A DNA stretch of 64,000 bases. Source: Klebsiella phage vB_KpnM_VPA32. The stretch lies in sequence record OP558005.1. The stretch is one strand, 5' to 3'. The position numbers were made by a program, and so were the translations under genes. Of the stretch, positions 28,202 through 38,031 are shown piece by piece (position 1 is the stretch's first letter; each line of letters begins with the position of its first letter). A model generated the notes under the pieces. That model ran no database searches. It was not told the origin of the DNA and worked only from the letters and a program-made list of their open reading frames with translations.

Positions 28202-28450
28202 TTATTTCAAAGTCACTACGAAGTGACGAACTGCTTTACGAGCAGCTGAACACAGAGGTTTAGCGTACTTCAGCTCATCTTTCAGAGCAAGTACGTCGCG
28301 GAGGTCTGCCTGAACAGGATTCAGATGTTTGAAACCTTTCAGAACTTCCAGTGCTTCGGCGTAAACGTCGATTGATGCACCGTAGTTATCGTGACCTGCG
28401 TTCCAGGAGTTGCGCTGCAGATGCAGAGCGTGTTCAAGTTGTTTGTTCAT
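28202..28450 (-). CDS. rIII: lysis-inhibition accessory protein rIII
   Basis: From the internal ATG the ORF encodes 82 aa, the same length as T4 rIII (MNKQLEHALHLQRNSWNAGH..). The track ORF carries an N-terminal extension, and MSMNKQ is an alternative start. Confidence 0.75.
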   Translation of the reverse strand: MNKQLEHALHLQRNSWNAGHDNYGASIDVYAEALEVLKGFKHLNPVQADLRDVLALKDELKYAKPLCSAARKAVRHFVVTLK

Positions 28451-28581
28451 TGACATTATGTCATTCCTCAATACGAGGTTAATAAAAGGTAGACGGTACC
28501 AGAATTTAAGCTGCGCGTCTACCACCTTGTAATTTCTCCGGGTAACTTTTGTCCGGCAGCCAAATTACAATAATATTTATA

Positions 28582-28929
28582 TCACCCGTAGATGCACGGA
28601 ATTGACTTCCAATGACAAGTAACAAATTTCTGTGCAATTTCTTTTGGTTTTTTCATACCAGCAGCGACAAGCGGATGAGGTACATTACGAATCTGACCAG
28701 TTGGCAGCGGCACTAACATACCGACTTCGAAAATACCTTCAGGAACATCCGCGCCGATTGAATAGATTTCACACATATCAGGGATTTGTCCGGTTTCTTG
28801 TTTGCCGATAACAATACCGCCAGAAGAAACGATTTCATCACCTTGCTGAGGAGGTTCAGAAACCAAGATAACATGTTCGCCGATAGCTTTAATTGGTAAA
28901 TCCATTGTTACACCTTGTTGTTTGAGCAT
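28582..28929 (-). CDS. 31: GroES-like co-chaperonin gp31
   Basis: Resembles T4 gp31 (..YVILVSEP.Q.GDE..., ..[32 protein letters not shown].). Confidence 0.85.
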   Translation of the reverse strand: MLKQQGVTMDLPIKAIGEHVILVSEPPQQGDEIVSSGGIVIGKQETGQIPDMCEIYSIGADVPEGIFEVGMLVPLPTGQIRNVPHPLVAAGMKKPKEIAQKFVTCHWKSIPCIYG

Positions 28930-28961
28930 GAAATAATATTATCATGCTCATATTTAAGCAA

Positions 28962-29291
28962 TTAACCTTTAACCTGAACCAGTTTCAGCAGATGCTCTAC
29001 TTTAACACCATTTACTGAAACGATAGAATCTAGTTTGAATGAACGCCATGCGTGTTTTTCAGTGTCCCACACTGGAATAGCTTCAGTAGATTCTTTACGA
29101 GACACCTGAGAGCCAACGCTTTCAACCAAGTCGCTTGGAATGATGTCATGGTCACGAGTACAACGCAGAGAACGGATAGTACCGTCTACTTTCTCAAATA
29201 CTACTTGAGATTCGCCACGAGCCAGAATTGGTTTCAGAGTATCACGGATTTGTACTTTTTCAGCTTCAGTCAGTTTAGTTTTCTTAGTCAT
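28962..29291 (-). CDS. 31.1-like hypothetical protein (start at MTKKTK)
   Basis: Trimmed at an internal Met. Junction with the upstream gene is TAAAATG. Confidence 0.4.
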   Translation of the reverse strand: MTKKTKLTEAEKVQIRDTLKPILARGESQVVFEKVDGTIRSLRCTRDHDIIPSDLVESVGSQVSRKESTEAIPVWDTEKHAWRSFKLDSIVSVNGVKVEHLLKLVQVKG

Positions 29292-29292
29292 T

Positions 29293-29625
29293 TTAATAGC
29301 CTTTATGTTCAGCGAGGTATTGTAAACGGAATTTATATTTACCGTTTGGTTCTTTTGTAACTTGATAGATGAATACAACAATTGGATTGTATTCCATAAT
29401 TGCATTAATAGCATAGTCCAAATCATCAGCCATGTGAGATGCAATTTCTAATGAAATATCACCGCCTGCTGATTCAAGTTGGAAAACAGGACCTTTAACT
29501 TCTACAGTAAAAATATCAAGGTCACGTAAGCGTTGTGCTACGTAATCTGTGATATTTTCTGGCTCTTTTACAATCTGAGGCTTGTTCAAATCAAGCATTT
29601 TCAACACCACAGTAGTTTTCAACAT
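29293..29625 (-). CDS. 31.2-like hypothetical protein
   Basis: 110-aa ORF. Confidence 0.4.
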   Translation of the reverse strand: MLKTTVVLKMLDLNKPQIVKEPENITDYVAQRLRDLDIFTVEVKGPVFQLESAGGDISLEIASHMADDLDYAINAIMEYNPIVVFIYQVTKEPNGKYKFRLQYLAEHKGY

Positions 29626-30157
29626 TATACCAATTGAGTTTGTTCAAGTTCGTCTTAGGAACATGATGAATCTCAATACCAGCATCGCGGAGGATATTAT
29701 CCCAACCGTCGACATTTTTATCGTATGTTTCACAATATACGAGTTTCTTAATTCCAGATTGAGCAATAGCTTTGGCACAGTCTGGGCATGGTGAAAGTGT
29801 AACGTACATCGTAGCGCCTTCAATTGAAGAACCATTACGTGCTGCGAACAGAATAGCATTCAACTCAGCATGTATTTCGTTAATTTTCGACCACTCAGAA
29901 TGCTCAGCTCGGAATTTAGTGTCTAATCCATATTTTGGAATTGGACCATCTTGACGAAGACCAGTTCCGGGTTTCTTAACTAACCACCCTTTATCTTCGG
30001 CATGGTCGCAACAGTTAACTCCACCAGCAGGAGAACCATTATATCCTGTAGAAATGATACGACCATTTTTCTCAATAACTGCACCGACTTTCCAGGAGCA
30101 GCATTTTGATTCTTGGGAAATCAGATAAGCGATTTGTAAGACGGTGCTAGCTTTCAT
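29591..30157 (-). CDS. cd: dCMP deaminase
   Basis: 188 aa. The zinc-binding motifs HAE and PCxxC are present (..CCDHAEDKGW.., ..HAELNAILFAARNG.., ..SPCPDCAKAI..). Resembles T4 Cd. Confidence 0.9.
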   Translation of the reverse strand: MKASTVLQIAYLISQESKCCSWKVGAVIEKNGRIISTGYNGSPAGGVNCCDHAEDKGWLVKKPGTGLRQDGPIPKYGLDTKFRAEHSEWSKINEIHAELNAILFAARNGSSIEGATMYVTLSPCPDCAKAIAQSGIKKLVYCETYDKNVDGWDNILRDAGIEIHHVPKTNLNKLNWYNVENYCGVENA

Positions 30158-30504
30158 TATTGAATCACCAAATAGTTTGAACGGTTAGTTTTAATCAATG
30201 TGATTTCAGTATGAAGAGGAATAATCTCTTGTACCGTACCAGTGATTATAAACACCCCATCTTTAAAGCGTTTCTTTCCATCGAAGAAAACATCGCCACA
30301 AAAACGTTCACCAACGGCAGGAGGTGTTTGGTCTTTAGAAGTGATAAGGATTCCATCATACTCGGCGCAAGAATTCACCAGACGGTCACACGCTAACACA
30401 GAACGAATGAATCCAACACCGTCTTCAGTGAATTGAGACTTGTCACCACAAGCATTGTAATGTTCTTTTCGGACACCATCGAAGATGTCAGTTAAATTCA
30501 TCAA
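30157..30504 (-). CDS. cd.1-like hypothetical protein
   Basis: 115-aa ORF with a TAATG-type junction. Confidence 0.4.
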   Translation of the reverse strand: MMNLTDIFDGVRKEHYNACGDKSQFTEDGVGFIRSVLACDRLVNSCAEYDGILITSKDQTPPAVGERFCGDVFFDGKKRFKDGVFIITGTVQEIIPLHTEITLIKTNRSNYLVIQ

Positions 30505-30731
30505 ATTATATCACCTAAAACGTTAGTCATTGTAACATGTCCATAACGGTCAAGAGTTAACAAAGACGTCTGGTCTTTTCCATTATGAGTGATTGTAATT
30601 AAAGCTCCATTAGAAACGCGGTCAGGACAGAGCTGAACCTCAGCTCCTGGTACTTTATTTGCTAAAGCCTGTGCGAATTCTTTAAGCTTTTCCAGAAATT
30701 CAATCCGGCTAAAAGTTTTATCAGAAGTCAC
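30501..30731 (-). CDS. hypothetical protein
   Basis: 76-aa ORF with an ATGA junction. Confidence 0.4.
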   Translation of the reverse strand: MTSDKTFSRIEFLEKLKEFAQALANKVPGAEVQLCPDRVSNGALITITHNGKDQTSLLTLDRYGHVTMTNVLGDII

Positions 30732-31014
30732 TGTTGTCCCAGCTGTAAATTACAGAGAAGAAAATAGGGTCATCTTTATCAATGTCTAAACGGAAATCAA
30801 AAGTCATTGAATAGCTATTGAAAGATGGCGTAACTTTAAATTCAAGATTCTTCCAAAGAATTTGTAAAGCACCTACGATATCTGCATGAATTTGCGCATA
30901 AGTTGGTGCTGTTGCCGGAACAAACAGATAATTGTCTGCAACCTGAGCTACAACAACTTCAGCCACTTTACGAAAACTTGAAAGACCTGGACGTACTTCA
31001 GTATGAATTCCCAT
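30721..31014 (-). CDS. hypothetical protein
   Basis: 97-aa ORF. Confidence 0.4.
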   Translation of the reverse strand: MGIHTEVRPGLSSFRKVAEVVVAQVADNYLFVPATAPTYAQIHADIVGALQILWKNLEFKVTPSFNSYSMTFDFRLDIDKDDPIFFSVIYSWDNSDF

Positions 31015-31232
31015 TAGTGCACCGTGTGTACTTTAACGTTAACGACAAAGTGAGTAATAACCTCACCAATTGGAACGAACTCTACATAATACTCATCTTT
31101 GTATCGAGAGTTCATATCGGTGCGAATTTGAGCAAGCTTATTAATGAGCTCAGGTGTCATATTCATACCGACTATTTCACGAAGAAGCTTGTAAGCTTCC
31201 TCTTTAACCTGTTCGTGTTTATTATACATCAT
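31014..31232 (-). CDS. hypothetical protein
   Basis: 72-aa ORF. Confidence 0.4.
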   Translation of the reverse strand: MMYNKHEQVKEEAYKLLREIVGMNMTPELINKLAQIRTDMNSRYKDEYYVEFVPIGEVITHFVVNVKVHTVH

Positions 31233-31245
31233 TTCACCTTATGCA

Positions 31246-31467
31246 TTATCGACGATGCCACGGGAGCATGAGCTTAGTTTTCTTGACAGTATAACTTCTT
31301 TCAGGATTAGCTGCTCGAACTTTTAAGCATGTTTCCCAAGCAGCACCTTCTTCGCCATATACGCAATAATGATTATCAAATATAACTACGCAACCGGTGC
31401 TGCTATTAATGATAGCCCAACATTCATGATAACCCATCAGAAATCTCCATGAGCAACTTGCCAGCAT
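31246..31467 (-). CDS. hypothetical Cys-rich small protein
   Basis: 73-aa ORF. The true start may be the internal MGYHECW. Confidence 0.35.
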   Translation of the reverse strand: MLASCSWRFLMGYHECWAIINSSTGCVVIFDNHYCVYGEEGAAWETCLKVRAANPERSYTVKKTKLMLPWHRR

Positions 31468-32324
31468 TCAACACCGATACGACGCCACATTTCAACTACT
31501 TGTGCTCGGTCATCTACTGCAAGTTTAATGTTGTAATGAGGAGCAATATCACGCCAGAAAATTTCTTCTTTTACGATATCATCTTTACGAGAATCACCCT
31601 GCTTACGTTGCCAATGTCCATGAGTTTCACCGACGTGGTCTAATACCCATTTCTGAGTCATACGACGATAAACAGTTTCATCTTCTTTAGTGCCAGATTC
31701 GCGTCCAGACACAGTAAGAATTTTAAAACCTTTCTGACGAAGCATTTTCAGCAATTCAATAACCATTTCTTTTGGAGTATCTTCACCACATTTATCGAGG
31801 TCAAATGGCGAACGATGATGGTTATCAGCCAATGTTCCATCGAGATCAAAGATAACTGCCTTCGGCTTAGACAAGTCAGGAACATAAACTTTCTCAACTT
31901 CCATTAGCATATAGAAATGACGCAGAACATCAATCGGAACTGCTTTATCTCCACGATATTGGTTGCGCTTAAGCAATTCAGTCCAAGGAACATGGAAATC
32001 CTGGAAAGACATTTCATACAAACCTTTGAAACGAAGTTCCCATTTCTCAACCGTTTTAGGATTCAAGTTAGTGTCACAAACGATAACACCCTTTGTATGT
32101 TCCAGGTCAAGCAGAGATACTGCAGCAGAAATTTGAGCTGCTGTTACAGCACGTTCTTTGTGCTTAGAATATTTGTATGCATTACGAGCATCAAGTCCAA
32201 ACAGTTTCTCACGGAAGTCATCACGAGACAGAATATACCAACCAGGATTTTTAGCAACATATTCATTAGCCCAAGTTGATTTACCACAACCTGGAGCACC
32301 ACGAGTCAAAATAATCTTTTTCAT
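31437..32324 (-). CDS. pseT: polynucleotide 5'-kinase / 3'-phosphatase
   Basis: 295 aa. A P-loop GAPGCGKST is followed by a HAD-type phosphatase motif VIFDLDGTLA. The C-terminus ..QVVEMWRRIGVECWQVA.GDF resembles T4 Pnk. Confidence 0.9.
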   Translation of the reverse strand: MKKIILTRGAPGCGKSTWANEYVAKNPGWYILSRDDFREKLFGLDARNAYKYSKHKERAVTAAQISAAVSLLDLEHTKGVIVCDTNLNPKTVEKWELRFKGLYEMSFQDFHVPWTELLKRNQYRGDKAVPIDVLRHFYMLMEVEKVYVPDLSKPKAVIFDLDGTLADNHHRSPFDLDKCGEDTPKEMVIELLKMLRQKGFKILTVSGRESGTKEDETVYRRMTQKWVLDHVGETHGHWQRKQGDSRKDDIVKEEIFWRDIAPHYNIKLAVDDRAQVVEMWRRIGVECWQVAHGDF

Positions 32325-32494
32325 TCTTTACTTTCCAACTGTTTAGCCATTGTAATAAGAAATTCACGACGCATTTTAATAACAGCTTCTTGAACTTTTG
32401 TATTTTCACCCTTTTCGGCTTTAATAGCTAATCTAATATTAGCTTCATCGTATTCGCAAAGAGCTACTAAAAACTGCCGCATGTATTCACTCAT
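32321..32494 (-). CDS. small hypothetical protein (57 aa, hand-called)
   Basis: Hand-translated as MSEYMRQFLVALCEYDEANIRLAIKAEKGENTKVQEAVIKMRREFLITMAKQLESKE. ATGA overlap with the pseT start. Confidence 0.3.
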   Translation of the reverse strand: MSEYMRQFLVALCEYDEANIRLAIKAEKGENTKVQEAVIKMRREFLITMAKQLESKE

Positions 32495-32853
32495 TCAAGT
32501 TCCTTTACGAAGTTATCAACATCAGCCTTAGCTTTATTATAATCAGCTAGAGTTTTAGCTAACCATTCTTCTTTGCGGCCTTTAAGCAAAGCAGACAAAT
32601 ATGAACCCTGAGCAAATAGCTGTGTAGTCATTAAATTTGACATAGCATTTGCTAGTTCTGGCGCTTTAGCTTTTACGGCACGTCGTAAATTTGCTCCAGC
32701 TTCATCTAAGTCTCTGGCAATGTTTTCAAGTTCTTGCTCTGCGCGAACTGAACCATCATCTACACGAAGTCCATACGAATAAGCATATGAAGCTTTGCGG
32801 TATTTTTCAAGTAGAATTTTAATGGACATTAGCAATTTCCTCGATAATGACAT
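32491..32853 (-). CDS. hypothetical coiled-coil protein
   Basis: 120-aa ORF. The true start may be the internal MSIKILLEKY. Confidence 0.4.
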   Translation of the reverse strand: MSLSRKLLMSIKILLEKYRKASYAYSYGLRVDDGSVRAEQELENIARDLDEAGANLRRAVKAKAPELANAMSNLMTTQLFAQGSYLSALLKGRKEEWLAKTLADYNKAKADVDNFVKELE

Positions 32854-33034
32854 TCACCCGTGCATAAGCTTCATCATATCGAGCTTTAGCTTGTATTGCT
32901 TCAGTAGCCAGGTCTTCATAAGTCAAATAACCATCTTCTAATTGCATACGAGTCTTTGCTGAACCGTATTCAATTGCACGAGCTTTAAGTTCAGAGATGG
33001 CTCCTTCGAGAGCCATTTTAGCAAATTTGTTCAT
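32819..33034 (-). CDS. hypothetical protein
   Basis: 71-aa ORF. Confidence 0.35.
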   Translation of the reverse strand: MNKFAKMALEGAISELKARAIEYGSAKTRMQLEDGYLTYEDLATEAIQAKARYDEAYARVNVIIEEIANVH

Positions 33035-33510
33035 AGTCCAAGCGCCTCATATAAAGATTTGCGGATTTCACGAACGTCTTTACCAACTGGACGCATTGCG
33101 CCTTCAACATCTGAGATAAAGCCATTAGCACAATTGGATTTAACTTGTCCGTAAATTGAAGCAGCTTCAATAAGCTTATCAATCAAATCACGTTTATAAT
33201 CTTCTTCCATACGGATTCCATACCATTCATCGTAATCTTCTATAGGAGCAAAGATTTTGAACCAAGTTTCTTCTGAAATATAAGTTTGTTCTTTAAGTTT
33301 AAAGACGTGAGATGGGATAGTTTCAGTTCCTGGAGCAAAAACTCTAACTGAAACTACTGTTGGTTTTCCATTAATGATTTCAAACCAAGGACTCACAGTG
33401 GCTTTACGCATTAATGGAGTTTTGTGACGGGCGCCCTGCATACACAATTTGCGCAACTGGGTCTTTTTAATTGCAGATAAGAATGAACCATCTTTTACAA
33501 AGTAGCGCAT
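33031..33510 (-). CDS. pseT.1-like hypothetical protein
   Basis: 159-aa ORF. Confidence 0.4.
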   Translation of the reverse strand: MRYFVKDGSFLSAIKKTQLRKLCMQGARHKTPLMRKATVSPWFEIINGKPTVVSVRVFAPGTETIPSHVFKLKEQTYISEETWFKIFAPIEDYDEWYGIRMEEDYKRDLIDKLIEAASIYGQVKSNCANGFISDVEGAMRPVGKDVREIRKSLYEALGL

Positions 33511-33638
33511 AATATATTCCTCAAAGTTTTATTATCCGATGAGGCCCTAAGGCCTCAATTAAAACGTAACAACCATTGCAAGAGCTACTGTGCAAGCAAC
33601 TGCAGCAATAAACAATCCGAAACAAAACAGCTTTGCAC

Positions 33639-33941
33639 CTAACGTGAATTTACGCATTTTGGTTCCTTTAATTCAGAGCGATAATAACATATCATACCAT
33701 TAGCATCTTTGGTATAACGAAGAACATCATCTAACCAAACTCTAAATTCTTGTGATTCAGAGAAAGGCATTCCTACAAATGGTCGTCCGTCAACTTCAAC
33801 GATAGTCCAGCGGCCATTCCAAGGCTTAATCTGGTCAGGCCAAGATGGATGCACTACTGTTGGCTGGGGTAACTCTGGTGACTTCTGAGAACATCCAGAC
33901 AATAGTCCAATTGATAATATTACGGCTACTAAAAGTTTCAC
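33639..33941 (-). CDS. outer-membrane lipoprotein o-spanin (pseT.2 / Rz1-like)
   Basis: Signal peptide with lipobox LLSGC. The mature part is Pro-rich and carries Cys residues. The gene is adjacent to a TMD plus coiled-coil partner, as in the T4 spanin pair. Confidence 0.6.
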   Translation of the reverse strand: MKLLVAVILSIGLLSGCSQKSPELPQPTVVHPSWPDQIKPWNGRWTIVEVDGRPFVGMPFSESQEFRVWLDDVLRYTKDANGMICYYRSELKEPKCVNSR

Positions 33942-34294
33942 TTAGTGGCCTCCTGGAACTCTAGAGTCAATTTATTAAAAGACTCATTTAATTGTTTTTC
34001 AACCAACTTAGGCTTAGCTTTTACTACATTCTCACGCTTAGCATCTTTAGCCATTTTAGCGCTAGACTTATCAGCTTCTGCTCTATTTGCTTTACGAGTC
34101 TCGTCATATTTGTTGAGATTCACAAAGTCGGTTTTTAACTTTTCAATAGCTTTGCCGTTAGCTTCAGCTATTTGTTGCATTTGCTTAAGGTCTTCTTTTA
34201 AGCCATCAATCCGTGAAGATTGATATTGAATGAACCCATAAGCTGTTAATCCGAGCGCCACTAAAATGACGTGAATGTTTGTTATTTTGAACAT
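33938..34294 (-). CDS. inner-membrane i-spanin (pseT.3 / Rz-like)
   Basis: N-terminal transmembrane helix IHVILVALGLTAYGF followed by a charged coiled-coil periplasmic domain. ATGA overlap with the o-spanin gene. Confidence 0.6.
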   Translation of the reverse strand: MFKITNIHVILVALGLTAYGFIQYQSSRIDGLKEDLKQMQQIAEANGKAIEKLKTDFVNLNKYDETRKANRAEADKSSAKMAKDAKRENVVKAKPKLVEKQLNESFNKLTLEFQEATK

Positions 34295-34788
34295 AATTTG
34301 ATGATTGCCTGTACAATATCGTCCTGAGAAAGACCATTGATAAGAATATGATGTTCAGCAGGAGAGTTTTGAATTTTGAAGCAAGGGTCCACCATCTCTG
34401 CCATTTCAGATGCAGATAAACGTGGATTTGAAACACCCAGACGATGCTTTCCATAGATTGGGTCTACAATGATGTAGCACTTACAACCATTTACGTGAAC
34501 GTTTGGTTGGGAAATGTTAATCATCACTTCTGCACCGTACTTGGTCAGATGATTATCTAAGAAGCTGCGCATTTCTTCTACTGCTTCAGGCATCTTCTCA
34601 GCGCGTTCTTCATTTACGCGGTTACTATATTCTTTACGAGCTTTTTGACGCTTTTGGTCGCGAGAGTAAGCTACACGTAAATCGGTGATGTAACCCAGAG
34701 GACGAGAATTTTTGAAAATACGAATCCCGTCATGGTGTGTACCTTCGTAAATTTCTACTAGCTCTTCGGCAGTGATTAAGTTCAGCAT
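34282..34788 (-). CDS. alc: Alc-like host transcription terminator (by size and synteny)
   Basis: 168 aa against T4 Alc at 167 aa, between the spanins and rnlA. Confidence 0.5.
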   Translation of the reverse strand: MLNLITAEELVEIYEGTHHDGIRIFKNSRPLGYITDLRVAYSRDQKRQKARKEYSNRVNEERAEKMPEAVEEMRSFLDNHLTKYGAEVMINISQPNVHVNGCKCYIIVDPIYGKHRLGVSNPRLSASEMAEMVDPCFKIQNSPAEHHILINGLSQDDIVQAIIKLCSK

Positions 34789-34817
34789 TTCGTTTTCTCC
34801 ATTTGGTTAGTGTAGAG

Positions 34818-34851
34818 ACATAGTAACACAACCAAATGGAGATGTAAACGG
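34818..34851 (-). promoter_or_regulatory. early promoter upstream of alc
   Basis: Minus strand reads AACCGTTTACatctccatttggttgtgtTACTATgt. The spacer sits inside a 10-bp inverted repeat, CCATTTGGTT/AACCAAATGG. Confidence 0.5.
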
Positions 34852-35982
34852 TTAGATGTACTCAGCCGGAGTGAACGGCTTTGTGTTCTTCAAGAATGCA
34901 TAGTTCAGCTTGGTGATGAGCTGGTCGTCATCAAGGTCTCCTGCATACATTTTCATGATGATACCGAAAACTTGAGGCAGACCGGCCAATGCCGTTTCAG
35001 CTTGAGCATTTGCTGCATAAGACTTACGGTCTTTACCACGATGAGCGGCATAGAAGTCCTGGCACAGCTTAAGAGAAGAACGCAGATAGTTCAAGTACTG
35101 AGTTTCGAAAGCATTGATTTTACCCAATGCAAACTCGTCAGAATCAAACATACCACGAAGGTCATCTGCCGCGTTATTCACGATGCACTCAAACAGACGC
35201 TCGTTGTTGATAATGGAGTCTTTGGTGTGATGCAGAGCCGTGTACCATTCGGTTTTCAGCTTAAAGCGTAAACCATCTTCCATAACCATCACGTAACCTT
35301 CGATTTGCTCTTCAGCTCGAAGCTTGGAAACAAAATCACCTTTAGGAACTTCAAATGCTTCTACCAGATACTTACGAAGAACCGGATGAGCCAGAAGGTC
35401 TTCGTAATCAACATATTCACCCGTGTCGTTTTCACGAACGTTCAGAAGAATGAGCATCTTTTTAGGATAGCTCAGAACAATTCGATTCTGTGGAGAGCAG
35501 TATTCGAAGTTAGCCGTGAAACCATCTTTTGCTAAATCAATCAGAGCTTCAGCCAAATCCAAATACTCAATACTTGCCAGCATTGCAGAAGCTTCAACTG
35601 CTTGCTCAGATTTGATAGAAGTCTTAGACTTAAAGCGAATACGATTTTCACCGTCCAGATAAGTAGAAACCAAAGAACCATCTTCTTTAGCCAGCATGTA
35701 CTTAACTTTGGAAAGGTCTAGATTCATTGTGAACGGAGTTTCGTTCAGGTTGAAGAACTTTTCCATTGGACGAGATGCGATACGCACTGGGATATCGTCC
35801 ACGTCAAGTTCAAACATGATGCCACGGCACTCTAAAGCAGATGGCAGAAGCCAGTCAGAGTAAGATGCGTAATGGTAAGAAAACGTGCGATATTTGTACC
35901 CCATTGGAGATACATCATCACGGTAGAAGAAACGAGTTTCATCGTTACATAGAGTCATGAGCTCATTGAATAATTTTTTCAC
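34852..35982 (-). CDS. rnlA: RNA ligase 1
   Basis: 376 aa against T4 Rnl1 at 374 aa. Nearly collinear with T4 (..YRTFSYHYASYSDWLLP.ALECRGIMFE.., ..SRPMEKFFNLNE.PFTMN.DL..). Confidence 0.9.
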   Translation of the reverse strand: MKKLFNELMTLCNDETRFFYRDDVSPMGYKYRTFSYHYASYSDWLLPSALECRGIMFELDVDDIPVRIASRPMEKFFNLNETPFTMNLDLSKVKYMLAKEDGSLVSTYLDGENRIRFKSKTSIKSEQAVEASAMLASIEYLDLAEALIDLAKDGFTANFEYCSPQNRIVLSYPKKMLILLNVRENDTGEYVDYEDLLAHPVLRKYLVEAFEVPKGDFVSKLRAEEQIEGYVMVMEDGLRFKLKTEWYTALHHTKDSIINNERLFECIVNNAADDLRGMFDSDEFALGKINAFETQYLNYLRSSLKLCQDFYAAHRGKDRKSYAANAQAETALAGLPQVFGIIMKMYAGDLDDDQLITKLNYAFLKNTKPFTPAEYI

Positions 35983-36392
35983 TTTTTACCCTTATGTTGA
36001 GTATTCCACGGAGGATTGAATTTTTTGATAAACATCGGCTCCTCAAGGTCCATCGTCGAGATTGACATTTCGCCAAGTTCATTGTTTATCAGGAGATTAA
36101 AGCACTGCCGAGCGTAGAAGCTAACAGTCTTTCCCGACATCAAAGCATCGTAAATCTTTGCCGATTTAGTTGAATCTGATGTCTGGTCTTTGCGATTAAT
36201 CGCAGTCCTGTAATAATTTATTCTCTTTCTGAGATTCTTGGTCTTACCGATGTAGACCAACTCATCATCAACTGCAATTGCATATACCACGTTCAACTTG
36301 TTTGGAACTTGGACTTGGTCTATAGTGCAATCAGGTAGCAGCTTCAGCTGAGTGTATTCTATAAAAGAAAACTCGTTAGCAATATCTTTCAT
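35979..36392 (-). CDS. denA: endonuclease II (GIY-YIG family)
   Basis: 137 aa against T4 DenA at 136 aa. A GIY-YIG core VVYAIAVDDELVYIGKT is present. Position between rnlA and nrdB. Confidence 0.8.
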   Translation of the reverse strand: MKDIANEFSFIEYTQLKLLPDCTIDQVQVPNKLNVVYAIAVDDELVYIGKTKNLRKRINYYRTAINRKDQTSDSTKSAKIYDALMSGKTVSFYARQCFNLLINNELGEMSISTMDLEEPMFIKKFNPPWNTQHKGKK

Positions 36393-36399
36393 AACAGAA

Positions 36400-36413
36400 G
36401 GGCCCGAAGGCCC
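36400..36413 (-). terminator. UUCG-tetraloop terminator GGGCCCGAAGGCCC
   Basis: Exact copy of the 14-mer between nrdB and denA. Confidence 0.5.
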
Positions 36414-36418
36414 TCTCC

Positions 36419-37594
36419 TTACAAATACTTTCTAAATTTCAACAGCACATCAGCATCTACATCGTTATCAATCTGTGCCACAAGGTAACTTGAGATTTCA
36501 ACTTCTTGTGGAGCAGATTGTACCGCATCTGAGTTTAAGTATTCACGAATCCATGGGATTGGGTGACGAACAGGAGCGTCAGTAATCGGACATGGAAGAC
36601 CACAGCTACGCATACGTGAAACAGTCAGATAGTCGATGAAGTCATGAAGGATTTTCACTGAAAGACCAGGAACTCCACCATCACGCCACAGATGAACTGC
36701 CCATTCTTTTTCTTGGCGGTTGATTTCCATGAAGATATCAACGGCTTCTTGTTCGCATTCACGAGCAATCTGAACCCATTCTTCACCATCAGTACCAAGT
36801 TGAAGCTGACGAATGATGTACTGTGTGCCTTTCAGATGAAGCTGTTCATCACGAGCAATGAACTTCATAATCTTGGAGTTACCTTCCATGATTTCCATGT
36901 TCTTATGGAAATTGAAGGTACATGCGAAAGATACGTAAAAACGAATTGCTTCAAGACCATTGATGACATGCAGACACAGATAAAGTGCTTTCATTAGTTC
37001 ACGTTTAGCATCAATGACATATCCTTCATACATTTCAATGTCATTTTGTTGGCATGAACCAAGAGATTCTTCATACCGCTCTTTAGCGTTTTCCCAATTG
37101 CGAGTCTTCAGAATTACATCGTCATAATAATGACCAATTGTCTCAGCTCGTTTCATAATTGCTTCATCGAGAACAATCTCATCAAACACCTTTGCCGGGT
37201 CATTCAGCAGGTTACGCATGATGTGAGTATATGAACGAGAGTGAATCGTTTCAGAGAACGTCCAGGTCTGGTTCCATGTATCGAGTGATGGGTCAGAAAT
37301 CAGAGCAGAAAGAACAGCAGCTGGAGCTCGGCCTTGGATTGAATCCAGAAGGCTTTGATATTTCAGATTATCAAGGAATACGTTTTGCTGGCCAACTGGA
37401 AGCTTTTCAAATTGAGCTCGGTCAGTCATCAGGTTAACTTCTTCAGGACGCCAGAAGAACGAGAGTTGTTTCTCAATCAATTCTTCAAATGTACGGTGGC
37501 GCTGAATATCATATCGTGCAATACCAAGCCCACTTCCAAAGAACATTGGCTCGGTCATCAAATCTACTTGTTGCGTATTAAAAACTGTGCTCAT
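36419..37594 (-). CDS. nrdB: ribonucleotide reductase small subunit (uninterrupted)
   Basis: 391 aa against T4 NrdB at 388 aa. Continuous ORF with no intron. Confidence 0.95.
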   Translation of the reverse strand: MSTVFNTQQVDLMTEPMFFGSGLGIARYDIQRHRTFEELIEKQLSFFWRPEEVNLMTDRAQFEKLPVGQQNVFLDNLKYQSLLDSIQGRAPAAVLSALISDPSLDTWNQTWTFSETIHSRSYTHIMRNLLNDPAKVFDEIVLDEAIMKRAETIGHYYDDVILKTRNWENAKERYEESLGSCQQNDIEMYEGYVIDAKRELMKALYLCLHVINGLEAIRFYVSFACTFNFHKNMEIMEGNSKIMKFIARDEQLHLKGTQYIIRQLQLGTDGEEWVQIARECEQEAVDIFMEINRQEKEWAVHLWRDGGVPGLSVKILHDFIDYLTVSRMRSCGLPCPITDAPVRHPIPWIREYLNSDAVQSAPQEVEISSYLVAQIDNDVDADVLLKFRKYL

Positions 37595-37812
37595 TTAACT
37601 TCCTCAAATTCAAATTCAACATTCACCTGAGCAATAGCTTCAGCTGCGCAACGATAACCTTCAAGAAACATTGCAAGACTGTGATCGTCGTCGTTTACCA
37701 TTAAAGGTGGAACTTCGTTTAATGCAGAACGAATGATGAATGTTTTCATTTGTTCGCCATTATTATAAACGGCATAAATGTCGTACCATTTTGCTTCTGT
37801 TCTGTGGCTCAT
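37591..37812 (-). CDS. hypothetical protein (nrdA.x position)
   Basis: 73-aa ORF with an ATGA junction. Confidence 0.4.
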   Translation of the reverse strand: MSHRTEAKWYDIYAVYNNGEQMKTFIIRSALNEVPPLMVNDDDHSLAMFLEGYRCAAEAIAQVNVEFEFEEVK

Positions 37813-38015
37813 AAATTGTATGTCCTATTAAGTAATTCTGACGTAACTTTAGTTGATTCTGAATAAATTCTAAACTCTTCGTCTAGCTTTTTAAGACGTT
37901 TTCTTAATTTTTCAATGAATTCAGGCGTCAACTCTATTGTTTTAACTATTTCCAAAAGTTCTTGAATACTCATAGTTTGCTTCATAAATCCTCCTAAGGA
38001 CCATCCGTGGTCCAA
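37809..38015 (-). CDS. hypothetical protein (nrdA.x position)
   Basis: 68-aa ORF. Confidence 0.4.
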   Translation of the reverse strand: MDHGWSLGGFMKQTMSIQELLEIVKTIELTPEFIEKLRKRLKKLDEEFRIYSESTKVTSELLNRTYNL

Positions 38016-38031
38016 TTATAAACTGAAAGAA

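Noticed and set aside
29311-29345. GTAAACGG / CCGTTTGG inverted motif resembling the early-promoter -35 block
   Set aside because: It lies inside the coding sequence of the 31.2-like gene. It lacks a properly spaced -10 and has no downstream ORF start.
34206-34454. 82-aa minus-strand ORF spanning the i-spanin/alc junction
   Set aside because: It overlaps two syntenic, well-supported genes out of frame.
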